Positions 1 through 8,773 of a stretch of 58,930 nucleotides of DNA are shown in pieces. The first letter of the stretch is position 1. Each line of letters opens with the position of its first letter. The stretch covers positions 1 to 58,930 of the IMG/VR virus record IMGVR_UViG_3300049488_000015, one strand, 5' to 3'. Made by a program: the position numbers and the translations under genes. The DNA is from a virus (taxonomy: Duplodnaviria > Caudoviricetes). Under the pieces are notes generated by a model that ran no database searches, had not been told where the DNA came from, and worked only from the letters and a program-made list of their open reading frames with translations.

Positions 1-141
1 TCGCGGAGCTCGACTCGTCGCCACTAACGGAATGCATCGACTTTCCAGCTCATATCAGTACGGAAATGACGAACAGGAAAAGCTCGACGCTGCCAGAGCA
101 TTTTGCGCCAAGTTTATGCCCTACGCTCCCGATCTAGACCC

Positions 142-380
142 TGTCCCGGGACAATTTAATGGGGACAATTATTACCATTTTTACCCTAAACAGACTGACT
201 AGAATTTGGTGCAATCTGATGTGCAAATTTTTATTTTCTGCAAAATAGTTGTAACTTGCTTTTATTTTTTCTGCAAAATAGAAAATATTTTTTTGCACAG
301 CAGGCACAAACTTTTTCTAGCATTTATATTTTAAAAATTATTTTCTGTAGAATATCACGGAATCCAATATTGCAGAAAAA
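142..380. repeat. AT-rich non-coding region with short direct and inverted repeats (candidate origin or end region)
   Basis: Palindrome TGTCCCGGGACA at 142-153; GGGACAATT at 148-156 and 162-170; TTTTCTGCAAAATAG at 234-248 and 267-281, with variants near 341 and an inverted variant near 368; many A/T tracts. Confidence 0.6.
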
Positions 381-562
381 TAAAAAAATTGTTATACTAA
401 AAGTCCTTAATAAACACATATTTAACACAAAATTATTTAAAAAAGCTATTTATAGACCCTATACCCCGAAAAATATACATCAACAGTAGTTTTAGAAAAA
501 GGAGGGGTGACAACTATGTAAAAGGGAGTATTGGCTGCACTTGCTACTCACGCTTAATTTCC

Positions 563-591
563 TTGTTAAGTAGCTAAGTATTAAGTATAAT
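563..591 (+). promoter_or_regulatory. sigma70-type early promoter
   Basis: TTGTTA-17 nt-TATAAT upstream of ORF 635. Confidence 0.6.
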
Positions 592-634
592 CCAGTCTTG
601 CTCAACTCTACATTGTTATTAAAGGGTTCCCACC

Positions 635-1084
635 ATGCAGACATTCTCCGATAACGAAATTGAATTCATCGAAGCTGATAAAAAAGAAGCTCCGAAGTAT
701 AAAGAAAAGCCTGAGCGAAAAGATCAGTTTGAATTGGATATAATTAAGTTCCACATCTCAAACCAAAGCTACAGCAAATTCCTGAATAAAAATATTACAA
801 ACATTCAAGAGGCTTGCACTCATGCTGTTTATTCTGCTAGACAGTGGGAAAAGGAAGACAAAGCAGAACTCCGCAAGGCCCAAAATCAACGTTATCAACA
901 AAAAAAGAAAGAAACATTCGTTGAAACTAATCCAGTTTTAATTAAAGCCAAAATGGATTGGCAAGAAGCTATCGCAAAGCGTAAGGCTGCAATGGAGGAA
1001 TGGAATTTATACGTTTCCAGATTGCAACACGAATATCTCAGAATTAAACTTGGAGTCAAAAATGACAAACACATCAAAGCCTAG
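635..1084 (+). CDS. hypothetical early protein, charged/helical
   Basis: 149-aa ORF after a promoter; C-terminal helix resembles that of the next gene. Confidence 0.75.
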   Translation: MQTFSDNEIEFIEADKKEAPKYKEKPERKDQFELDIIKFHISNQSYSKFLNKNITNIQEACTHAVYSARQWEKEDKAELRKAQNQRYQQKKKETFVETNPVLIKAKMDWQEAIAKRKAAMEEWNLYVSRLQHEYLRIKLGVKNDKHIKA

Positions 1085-2063
1085 CTGGTTGTCGCAACTT
1101 AACTCAACTCAACTCACTCCGGAAGTAATCAAGGAGCCTGCTTCCATCCCCGAACCTACCGAGGACGAGCACGTCGAACCGCTCGCACAGTACGAAGCTC
1201 CACCTCCGCTTGATGTTGTGCTGGCAATCCCTTCTTCCACAAAGCTCCCATTCGCTTTTGATGCAGAAGCATTCGGCCGTCGTGTCTATATGCCGGACGC
1301 TGTTGCCAACGATGATACGCTTATCGAATTCAAAACTGCGCCAGCCTTGCCTACTGTAACTGAATCAAATTCAAATGTGGTCAGGGAGCCCTGCAACTGG
1401 TCTGGATTGGATGGTTCATTCGGTAAGCTTGGATCAAGTTCGTCTTTATATATCACAAGTTTGGTGGAAGTTGCGCCGACGGACGTAATTGAATCCGGTT
1501 TCGCCAATGCTATGCCGTTCCTCCCCAATGACGAGGCCTTGCTGCCGGAGCCTGCCTTGGGCTTGGAAGGTCGGGTGGAGCTTGGTGCGAATGAGTGGCT
1601 TGGGCTGCTCACACCGACGGAATCCATTGCGTTTGATAACCACATTCAAATCGTTATGGCAGTCAATCCGCTCCATGCGTCGTATTTGATTCGGCTCAAG
1701 GGTTGGCATTCCAAGTTCTTTAAGGCCAACATAACGTCGCCTGAGATGGCAGAAGAACACATTCGTCTGGCCCTTGGTCGGGGTGAGGAGCCGGATGGAT
1801 GGGATAACGCGGATCATCGTCGCATTAAACAAGCTCAGGATTTACTGGCCAAAGGGTTCGCAGGTAAAGCAAAGCACGAAGCCCGGGAGCGTTGGAAACA
1901 GTACATTGCCGGAGCTCGCGAAGCTTGGAAGCAGTCCGTCGTAGATCGCACAGCTAAATTGGAGATCCTCAACATCGAGGTAGCCAACAAGCACGAAGCA
2001 TTCAAACTGGCCAAAGAAATGAAGTTCGAGGAATACATGGCACGTTTTGAATCGGGTGATTAA
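1062..2063 (+). CDS. hypothetical early protein, Pro/Glu-rich N-terminus
   Basis: Long ORF; GGAG Shine-Dalgarno (SD) before ATG at 1062. Confidence 0.8.
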   Translation: MTNTSKPSWLSQLNSTQLTPEVIKEPASIPEPTEDEHVEPLAQYEAPPPLDVVLAIPSSTKLPFAFDAEAFGRRVYMPDAVANDDTLIEFKTAPALPTVTESNSNVVREPCNWSGLDGSFGKLGSSSSLYITSLVEVAPTDVIESGFANAMPFLPNDEALLPEPALGLEGRVELGANEWLGLLTPTESIAFDNHIQIVMAVNPLHASYLIRLKGWHSKFFKANITSPEMAEEHIRLALGRGEEPDGWDNADHRRIKQAQDLLAKGFAGKAKHEARERWKQYIAGAREAWKQSVVDRTAKLEILNIEVANKHEAFKLAKEMKFEEYMARFESGD

Positions 2064-2267
2064 ATGAACGCACTTGACAAAGCTTTATTGGAATTCGTGC
2101 GCCGGACAGATGGTCAAGTGCCGCGCGTTATCTACATCGGTTGGAATATGCTTGCAGAGGTAATGAAGTCGGATCGCTGCTTTCAATTTGATACAAAGAG
2201 CAAAATGTATCAAGGAATTCCGTTCTTCCGTGTCAGCGGTGATGACGGCCATCTGGCTGTCTTTTAA
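2064..2267 (+). CDS. hypothetical protein
   Basis: Starts immediately after the upstream stop; 67 aa. Confidence 0.65.
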   Translation: MNALDKALLEFVRRTDGQVPRVIYIGWNMLAEVMKSDRCFQFDTKSKMYQGIPFFRVSGDDGHLAVF

Positions 2268-2274
2268 ATAGTGC

Positions 2275-2303
2275 TTTACAGACGCAAAGCTCCTCTATAT
2301 AAT
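2275..2303 (+). promoter_or_regulatory. sigma70-type early promoter
   Basis: TTTACA-17 nt-TATAAT. Confidence 0.75.
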
Positions 2304-2322
2304 AACTTCATTGGTTCAGTAA

Positions 2323-2403
2323 ATGCCTAATTTGATCGGTTTGTTAATTGTTTCGGTCGTTGCTGTTCTAATCTTCGTAACCTTACTCTGGAGCATAAAA
2401 TGA
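2323..2403 (+). CDS. putative 26-aa single-transmembrane peptide
   Basis: MPNLIGLLIVSVVAVLIFVTLLWSIK; ATGA overlap with ORF 2400; no clear SD. Confidence 0.35.
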   Translation: MPNLIGLLIVSVVAVLIFVTLLWSIK

Positions 2404-2588
2404 CAGTCTGCACGGAAACCATCGAGTTCAAGCTTGCTGCTAAAGAAGTTCGCAAGTTGGAGCTCCAAGGCTTTGGATATTACCAGTGCGTCCAGTCCGC
2501 CATGCGTCTTGTTGTGGGCCAGGGTTTCGGCCAAGAGTATGCCCAACAGGTCGCGGAAGATGCCTGGGATTTGGTTTGTGCGAACTAA
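2400..2588 (+). CDS. hypothetical protein
   Basis: GGAG SD; part of a tightly packed early operon. Confidence 0.6.
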   Translation: MTVCTETIEFKLAAKEVRKLELQGFGYYQCVQSAMRLVVGQGFGQEYAQQVAEDAWDLVCAN

Positions 2589-2597
2589 GGGAAGATC

Positions 2598-2816
2598 ATG
2601 GAAGGTAAAGACTACACATACAGGCAACTGATTAAACTTGATACGACATTTGGCGGTCTCACCAAGAAGCAGTCAGTCCAGTCGCGTCAATTGGATCGCC
2701 GTTGGAAAAAGGCATATAATAACGTCATGGTGAAGCATCAGAAGGCAAAGTGCCGCATGGAACGCCGTGTCGTTGATGATCTGTGCGACTATTACGACGA
2801 ACTGATGGGAGGTTAA
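2598..2816 (+). CDS. hypothetical protein
   Basis: AAGGGA SD; operon packing. Confidence 0.65.
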   Translation: MEGKDYTYRQLIKLDTTFGGLTKKQSVQSRQLDRRWKKAYNNVMVKHQKAKCRMERRVVDDLCDYYDELMGG

Positions 2817-2817
2817 G

Positions 2818-3006
2818 ATGAACATAGCTGAACAAAAATATCTGGAAGACCAACTCTACAAGGCGATTCCGGTTCTTCCTGAAAGTGTGGGCGTCATTCG
2901 CATTAAAATTCAAACCCATCTTGGCGCGACCAACTGGCTCAATGTGGATGCGGATAAGTACAAGAAGATTGAAAACATTTTGCGAGGTCTTGACAAATGG
3001 CCATAG
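2818..3006 (+). CDS. hypothetical protein
   Basis: GGAGG SD; operon packing. Confidence 0.65.
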   Translation: MNIAEQKYLEDQLYKAIPVLPESVGVIRIKIQTHLGATNWLNVDADKYKKIENILRGLDKWP

Positions 3007-3227
3007 AAATCAAACGTTGGCTCAGTCCTGTGCCGGGTTTCTGCGAAACATGCGACGGCCCGATCCACAAGGTTTTCTACGACGCAAGAACAAATCGTGG
3101 GCCTTGGGCTTGCATGTGTAAGACTTGCCAAACACTCGGCCCTGGCTTGAATAAGCTTGGAACGGGTTTCGGGCAGGAATACACCGAAGACAAGAAAACG
3201 GGCCTCTGGCTCAAGACGGGAGGGTAA
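2997..3227 (+). CDS. small Zn-finger-like protein
   Basis: CETC...CKTC cysteine pairs; GAGG SD. Confidence 0.7.
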   Translation: MAIEIKRWLSPVPGFCETCDGPIHKVFYDARTNRGPWACMCKTCQTLGPGLNKLGTGFGQEYTEDKKTGLWLKTGG

Positions 3228-3228
3228 G

Positions 3229-3528
3229 ATGTACTCACTTGCCCCTGTAAATAAAACAGCATCTATGATTGTTAATCAGTCTGGTTGCGAAGATAGGATA
3301 GAAAGTTCTATTGCAGAAGTAAATAAAGAAGGTATGATTATTCGTAACCGAATAAAAGAACTTGCGGATAAGATAGGGCTTAAAAAACCAACAACGTCAC
3401 AGCTCGGACGTTGGCGAAAAGAAAATCCAGGCAAGTTCCAAGAAGAGTCACGTCAGCTTGGGCTTTTATTCATGTTTTATAAAATATCTAAACATCATGC
3501 TCGTGAGCTTGAAAGGTTATCCAAATGA
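3229..3528 (+). CDS. hypothetical protein
   Basis: GGAGG SD before ATG 3229; ATGA overlap with next gene. Confidence 0.6.
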   Translation: MYSLAPVNKTASMIVNQSGCEDRIESSIAEVNKEGMIIRNRIKELADKIGLKKPTTSQLGRWRKENPGKFQEESRQLGLLFMFYKISKHHARELERLSK

Positions 3529-3803
3529 AATGCGTTCTTGAATTCGGTGTCCGGGGCGGCAACTTCACTGAAGTGCAAATTATTCCAACACAGCAGCTCG
3601 GAGCTAAATTGGCCGCAGCCTTGGTTCATGTGTTTAGCGACCCGGAATACGATAACCCGACCGCTCGTGCATTTGCTTGGATCGTTGCTAAGAATGCTCC
3701 TCGCAAATCCTGGCAGTCCAGCACTCATTTCGTAAGCTTGTCCCTACTTGATGGGGATCTGCGCGGCCCGGCCTCTGCTCAACTCTGGAAGAAGGATAAT
3801 TAA
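3525..3803 (+). CDS. hypothetical protein
   Basis: Coupled start/stop; 92 aa. Confidence 0.65.
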   Translation: MKCVLEFGVRGGNFTEVQIIPTQQLGAKLAAALVHVFSDPEYDNPTARAFAWIVAKNAPRKSWQSSTHFVSLSLLDGDLRGPASAQLWKKDN

Positions 3804-3804
3804 A

Positions 3805-4041
3805 ATGCCCATAATGATGACACCTCGCGAAGCTCTGCAAATCCAACAACGGCAGATCATGCACTATGCGGATTTGTTTCCGGGAAAGCTTTCCGGTCTG
3901 GAAGCAGAGATGGAAAAGCGTACCAATTTGGACGGACTTGATCTGGACAAGAAGTACGACATTTTCACAATCAACAAGGCTATCCCGCGCGGCGGCGATA
4001 TTGAGCAACTTGTCTTTGGTAAGGTGCAGAGCGGTGACTAA
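3805..4041 (+). CDS. hypothetical protein
   Basis: AAGGA SD; ATG 1 nt after the upstream stop. Confidence 0.6.
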   Translation: MPIMMTPREALQIQQRQIMHYADLFPGKLSGLEAEMEKRTNLDGLDLDKKYDIFTINKAIPRGGDIEQLVFGKVQSGD

Positions 4042-4222
4042 GCCGGAAGTTCTAATTTCGCTTAAAGCACAGTCGGTTCAGAGTTTTCTTACCGAGCTGG
4101 CGGAAATCGAGGCACAGCAGCTGGCGCTCGGGTTCCGTATGGGCGAGCTCGTTGATAAGCAAATGACGCTGGCCAAAAAAAGCAAAGCCTTGAAAGAGTC
4201 CATTGGAAAGTTAATCAAATGA
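4034..4222 (+). CDS. hypothetical coiled-coil protein
   Basis: GTG start overlapping the upstream stop; ATGA overlap downstream. Confidence 0.5.
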   Translation: MTKPEVLISLKAQSVQSFLTELAEIEAQQLALGFRMGELVDKQMTLAKKSKALKESIGKLIK

Positions 4223-4428
4223 AACGTAAAATTGTTATTGAAAATTGCGACCAATGCCCGAATCGGGATCACAGCGGAGGGTTCGCACGGATTGCTTATA
4301 TTCCAATCTGCCGAAAGGCTAATAAAGAATTGGATTGGAATCCCGGTACGCCTTCCAGAACTGGCCGGGTTTGTGCAGTCTGCACAAATATAATTCCTGA
4401 ATGGTGTCCTCTTGAAATAGATAATTGA
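4219..4428 (+). CDS. small Cys-rich protein
   Basis: CDQCP...C...IPEWCPL pattern seen in small phage proteins. Confidence 0.65.
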   Translation: MKRKIVIENCDQCPNRDHSGGFARIAYIPICRKANKELDWNPGTPSRTGRVCAVCTNIIPEWCPLEIDN

Positions 4429-4453
4429 CATCTGTTAAGTGAATGGGTATAAT
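4425..4453 (+). promoter_or_regulatory. consensus sigma70 promoter
   Basis: Perfect TTGACA-17 nt-TATAAT. Confidence 0.9.
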
Positions 4454-4485
4454 TACTTCATTCGCTAACAACACAGGAGAACGAA

Positions 4486-4737
4486 ATGCAAATTGAAAGT
4501 CGCATCCAAGGCATTCCGTGCTTGATTGAAGTAACCACATTGACTGTTGTGAAGCCGTGGCGCGGTTCTGCTCAGTCTTGCCCGAGCTCCGACGACTATT
4601 ACGGTTATTCGGAGGTTGAGTTTGAAGTCCTTGATCGAAAGGGTTACAAAGCAGCCTGGCTCGAGCGTAAAATGACCGACAATGATCGGGCTCGTATTAA
4701 AACCGAAATCCTTGAAGCGGATGGAGATGAAGAATGA
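4486..4737 (+). CDS. hypothetical phage protein
   Basis: AGGAG SD after a strong promoter; 83 aa. Confidence 0.75.
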   Translation: MQIESRIQGIPCLIEVTTLTVVKPWRGSAQSCPSSDDYYGYSEVEFEVLDRKGYKAAWLERKMTDNDRARIKTEILEADGDEE

Positions 4738-5000
4738 CAAATTTTGTTAGGGAAGAACGCTACATCGTCACTAAGATCAAAACCGGAAAACAGGTTGATT
4801 GTGTTGTAGTGGAGAAGGACTGGCCTGAATACGAGATCGTATGGAAGATGATTCAAGATCGCGTTGAAGGGAAAGGAAATGAAATCGAAACTCTCCGAGC
4901 TACGCTAAAGAAGGCAAAGTGGATGCTTGAGCGGGATTATATAGACGACCAGAAAATGTCTTTTATTCGCGAGTGCGAGAAAGCACTAGGTGAAGAATGA
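4734..5000 (+). CDS. hypothetical phage protein
   Basis: ATGA overlap; ERYIV...CVVVEKDWPEYE pattern. Confidence 0.7.
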   Translation: MTNFVREERYIVTKIKTGKQVDCVVVEKDWPEYEIVWKMIQDRVEGKGNEIETLRATLKKAKWMLERDYIDDQKMSFIRECEKALGEE

Positions 5001-5239
5001 GCTGCGGATATAGGCAATATTGGATGGCGGCAGATTGTCCCCATTGCGGTCAAAAAGACGAATTGGATAAATGGAAAGGTGCTCGAATGGGTTCAACTGC
5101 CTGGGGACACGATTATTCGTGTTGTTCAGAAGCTTGCGGAATTGCTTTTAAGAACAATCCAAAACGTCTTGAAATGGATCGGGCTAAGATTAAAGCTCAG
5201 ATTGCAAATCTTGAATATCAGTTGAAGCATTTAAAATGA
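4997..5239 (+). CDS. small Zn-binding protein
   Basis: CPHC...CSEAC; ATGA overlaps at both ends. Confidence 0.7.
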   Translation: MSCGYRQYWMAADCPHCGQKDELDKWKGARMGSTAWGHDYSCCSEACGIAFKNNPKRLEMDRAKIKAQIANLEYQLKHLK

Positions 5240-5616
5240 TTCACGCCAACGAAGCAGGGTATCAGGTCACGAAGCAGTCGCTTTATCAGCGACTTCGTTT
5301 CCTGTGGCGAGTAATTAAATATGTGGTCAAGCCTCATGTTTATATTGACATTCACAGGGAGGTAGATCAGTTTGGTCGTATTATGGTTTCTGGGTGGATT
5401 AAAAAGCCTGGTGATAAAGAGTTTAAATACCATTATGTGAATTATGATGGTAAAACTGTTCCAACAGCTTTCATTGACGGTAGGCAAATTCAAGAACCGT
5501 CGGAAAAGATTATTTCAATCGGAAGGACGATAAAACATGAGCAAATCAAAAGTCGCGGAAGTTCGTACGAACTTGAAGTTGGGAATCGTGCAAATCAAGA
5601 TGAACCGGGGATCTAA
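5236..5616 (+). CDS. hypothetical protein
   Basis: ATGA overlap; 126 aa; 3' end overlaps the next ORF. Confidence 0.55.
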   Translation: MIHANEAGYQVTKQSLYQRLRFLWRVIKYVVKPHVYIDIHREVDQFGRIMVSGWIKKPGDKEFKYHYVNYDGKTVPTAFIDGRQIQEPSEKIISIGRTIKHEQIKSRGSSYELEVGNRANQDEPGI

Positions 5617-5743
5617 CCACATCTTGGAAGGCAAGGACGCTGTCAGTTTTGAGCAGCGCCGGAACGCCTATATGTGCGATAACAATTCGCATTCGGAAGC
5701 CAGCTTGCTGGCAGCAAACGATTATCTTGAAGGGAGACTGTAA
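5537..5743 (+). CDS. hypothetical protein
   Basis: AAGGA SD; TAATG coupling to the next gene. Confidence 0.55.
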   Translation: MSKSKVAEVRTNLKLGIVQIKMNRGSNHILEGKDAVSFEQRRNAYMCDNNSHSEASLLAANDYLEGRL

Positions 5744-5988
5744 TGTATCGCATTCATTTTGATCCAAATGTTGGCCGTTTTGTCATTCAAGTCCTTGTCT
5801 GGGGTTTCATCTGGGAAAGTGTCCGCAGTCTGAACGAACAAGGCAAGAAAACTTCACCTCTTACTTTCGAGACATATGATGACACAGTCGCGCACGTTCA
5901 AAAGATGGGCCTTCATACCCTATATCAAGATCGCTCCGCCAACAAGTATCGTGAGCATATCCAAAGACACGATAGCTACGCCCGGTAA
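5743..5988 (+). CDS. hypothetical protein
   Basis: GGAG SD; 81 aa. Confidence 0.65.
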   Translation: MYRIHFDPNVGRFVIQVLVWGFIWESVRSLNEQGKKTSPLTFETYDDTVAHVQKMGLHTLYQDRSANKYREHIQRHDSYAR

Positions 5989-6118
5989 AGACTGTCCCAA
6001 TATCATCACGCTGATGGGGATATGCTTGCACCTGATACAGATTGGTATGTCTGTCCAAATTGCGGTTATAAAACCGACCCGGAGTAAATAACTAATCCTG
6101 TAAATTGCTTAACGATTG

Positions 6119-6148
6119 TTGTGAAAACTTACCGGATAGCTATATACT
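6119..6148 (+). promoter_or_regulatory. putative sigma70 promoter of the replication operon
   Basis: TTGTGA-18 nt-TATACT. Confidence 0.5.
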
Positions 6149-6174
6149 GCACAGCTTACAAATAAGAGGTCACT

Positions 6175-6414
6175 ATGAGTGCAAATGCCCAGAGCCAATT
6201 TGATTTGACTTATGTTACCAGTACCGAGATTGCTAAGGAACTTGATGTTTCACGAGCTGCCATGTGCCAGGCTGTAAGCCGAGGCCTTTTGCCTAACCCT
6301 ATCAAGGTTAATGATGGGCAAATCACTTTGTTCGAACGTGCCAGCGTGGCTCCGTTTGTCGAAGCATGGAAAACAGTTCTGAATATCAAGCGAGCAATCA
6401 AGAATGAACAATAA
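6175..6414 (+). CDS. HTH DNA-binding protein (AlpA/excisionase-like)
   Basis: STEIAKELDVSRAAMCQAVSRGLLPNPIK helix-turn-helix and wing pattern. Confidence 0.75.
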   Translation: MSANAQSQFDLTYVTSTEIAKELDVSRAAMCQAVSRGLLPNPIKVNDGQITLFERASVAPFVEAWKTVLNIKRAIKNEQ

Positions 6415-8725
6415 GGTCAGGTTACTTGAGAACCTGCCAGAAGAATTAAAGTGGGCGCGTCAATGGTGCATAGCTGGCCCGGACAAAGCCCCTTATTCCG
6501 TAGGGCAGAATGGTCTTTATAACGCAGACGTCACCAATCCAGCACAATGGATGGATTTTGAAACTGCTGTAGAGGTTGCACAACAAGTCAATGGGGGGAT
6601 TGGCTATGTACTTGACGAAAAGGACAGCTATACCTGTATTGACCTTGATGTTAAGGACAAGGATAACGAAAGCGATCCTGAAAAATGGACAAGCCAGGAA
6701 CAACTCAACCGATTTTGGTCAATCGTACAAGCATTTGACAGCTATACTGAGCGTTCGCGTTCTGGAAAAGGTCTGCACATCTGGGTCAAAGGGAACATTG
6801 GCAAAGGTTGTCGCCGTGACGGCGTTGAAGTCTATTCCAAGCAAAGATTTATCATCTGTACTGGTGACATTGTAATTGATAAGCCACTTAAAGATCAGCA
6901 GGCTTTGCTTGAAATCCTTGTTCAAGAGATGTCAGCAGGGGAAACAAACAAGACCGACGAACTTGTTGAAATTGAGGCAATTGAATCAGATGAAGTTATT
7001 TGGCAGCGAGCAGCTACAGCAGCCAACAATGACAAATTCGTCCCGCTCTGCGAAGGGCGTTGGCAAGACTTAGGGTATCCTTCACAGTCTGAAGCAGACT
7101 TGTCGTTGATGTCCATGTTCTGCTTTTACTCAAAATCTAACGACCAGTGCCGTCGGTTGTTCCGTCTTACTATGCTCGGGAAGCGAGAAAAAGCAGTAAA
7201 GAACGATCGGTATTTGAATTATACATTGAGTCGTATCCGTGCAAGACAGGAACGGGAAGAACAGCAATTCATAAAAAGTCAAGACCTTGTTAAGGATGTT
7301 GTTGAGTCTTTGCAACGTCAATCCAATGCACCTGTGGCAGCGCCAACGGCTGTTTCCGTAGCATCCCTGGCACCTCTGCCCAAGGTAGATGATGGTGGTA
7401 TAACGTGGCCTCCCGGTTTTATGGGTCAGATTGCAGGCTACATTTACAAGTCTGCTCCGCGTCCTGTTAAAGAAGTCGCTATTGTTGCCGCGATGGGTTT
7501 GTTGGCTGGCATATGTGGTAAGCCGTTCAGCATTCCAGGCTCTGGCTTGAACCTTTACATTATTCTAGTGGCACGTTCTGCCATTGGTAAAGAAGCAATG
7601 CACAGCGGCATCGCATCCTTAATGGAGTCTTTACGTTCGCGTCTGCCACAAGCAATGGGATTTGTTGATTTTAGCGATTTTGCTTCAGGGCCTGCTTTGA
7701 CAAAAGCAGTAGCTCAGAACCCTTGTTTCTGTAATGTGGCAGGTGAATGGGGGCGGAAGCTTCGTCGCCTTGCTAAAGAAGACCGTACTGAAGGCCCAAT
7801 GCAGCAACTTCGGACAGTGATGACAAACCTGTACCAGAAGTCGGGGCCTGCTTCTATTGTTGGCGGTATTACCTATTCCAATAAAGACCAGAATATCCAA
7901 TCGGTTTCTGGCGTATCGTATAGCATGATTGGTGAAACAACTCCATCAACGCTTTACGAGTCGCTAACTGAATCCATGATGGAGGACGGTTTTCTTTCAC
8001 GCTTTACAATTGTCGAGTATAAGGGTGAGCGACCTGCACACAATTATAATGCCCTACGGGAGCCCGACCAACCCTTGGCGGACGCTTTGGCGCAACTTTG
8101 TCACCATGCCTTGACTCTGTTATCCCGTAATGCAAGACAAGAAGTTGGACGCACACAAGAAGCAGGGCAAATTCTATATAATTTTGACGTTGAATGCGAT
8201 AGAAATATCAATGCAACCGAAGATGAATCCTTCCGTCAAATGTGGAATCGTGCTGCTCTTAAAGTGACCCGGATTTCTGCCTTGTTGGCAGTTGCAGATA
8301 ATTTTCTTCACCCTGTTATTCAGACGCACCATGTTACATGGGCAATTGACCTTATTCATCGCGACATCAAAATGATGAGCAAGAAGATGATGGAAGGCGA
8401 TATTGGCGTTGATGATAACAGCCGCGAAAAGAAGATTCTGAGCGTTTGTAAAGATGTATTGACAAATGGTTTCGCTCCCATGTTTAACGTATCGCGCATG
8501 ATGGCAGTTGATGCGTTAATACCTAGAAAGGTCTTTACAACTAAGCTCGGGAGGCATCCTGCATTCTGTAACCACAGATTCGGCTCAAGCCTTGCAATCG
8601 ACCATACTGTCAAGAGCCTTATTGATGGCGGTTTCCTTATCGAAGTACCAAAAGACAAGCTGTTAAATCAATACGGATTTCACGGTAAGTGCTATCAACT
8701 TATTAACATCTCTGTCTTGCAATAA
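6404..8725 (+). CDS. DNA primase (prim-pol N-terminus) fused to a DUF3987-like helicase/ATPase domain
   Basis: CIDLD, SYTERSRSGKGLHIW and SQSEAD motifs; C-terminal NLYIILVARSAIGKE and DGFLSRF. Confidence 0.85.
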   Translation: MNNKVRLLENLPEELKWARQWCIAGPDKAPYSVGQNGLYNADVTNPAQWMDFETAVEVAQQVNGGIGYVLDEKDSYTCIDLDVKDKDNESDPEKWTSQEQLNRFWSIVQAFDSYTERSRSGKGLHIWVKGNIGKGCRRDGVEVYSKQRFIICTGDIVIDKPLKDQQALLEILVQEMSAGETNKTDELVEIEAIESDEVIWQRAATAANNDKFVPLCEGRWQDLGYPSQSEADLSLMSMFCFYSKSNDQCRRLFRLTMLGKREKAVKNDRYLNYTLSRIRARQEREEQQFIKSQDLVKDVVESLQRQSNAPVAAPTAVSVASLAPLPKVDDGGITWPPGFMGQIAGYIYKSAPRPVKEVAIVAAMGLLAGICGKPFSIPGSGLNLYIILVARSAIGKEAMHSGIASLMESLRSRLPQAMGFVDFSDFASGPALTKAVAQNPCFCNVAGEWGRKLRRLAKEDRTEGPMQQLRTVMTNLYQKSGPASIVGGITYSNKDQNIQSVSGVSYSMIGETTPSTLYESLTESMMEDGFLSRFTIVEYKGERPAHNYNALREPDQPLADALAQLCHHALTLLSRNARQEVGRTQEAGQILYNFDVECDRNINATEDESFRQMWNRAALKVTRISALLAVADNFLHPVIQTHHVTWAIDLIHRDIKMMSKKMMEGDIGVDDNSREKKILSVCKDVLTNGFAPMFNVSRMMAVDALIPRKVFTTKLGRHPAFCNHRFGSSLAIDHTVKSLIDGGFLIEVPKDKLLNQYGFHGKCYQLINISVLQ

Positions 8726-8744
8726 ACGATCGTTAATGTATAAT
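8717..8744 (+). promoter_or_regulatory. putative sigma70 promoter
   Basis: TTGCAA-16 nt-TATAAT before dUTPase. Confidence 0.55.
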
Positions 8745-8773
8745 TGGAACTGTACAAACAAAGCGAGGTTGAT

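Noticed and set aside
256-489. 77-aa ORF at the left end
   Set aside because: TTG start, no SD, composition simply reflects A/T tracts
6175-6414. Excisionase implying a temperate lifestyle
   Set aside because: No integrase, repressor or partition genes recognised in the window
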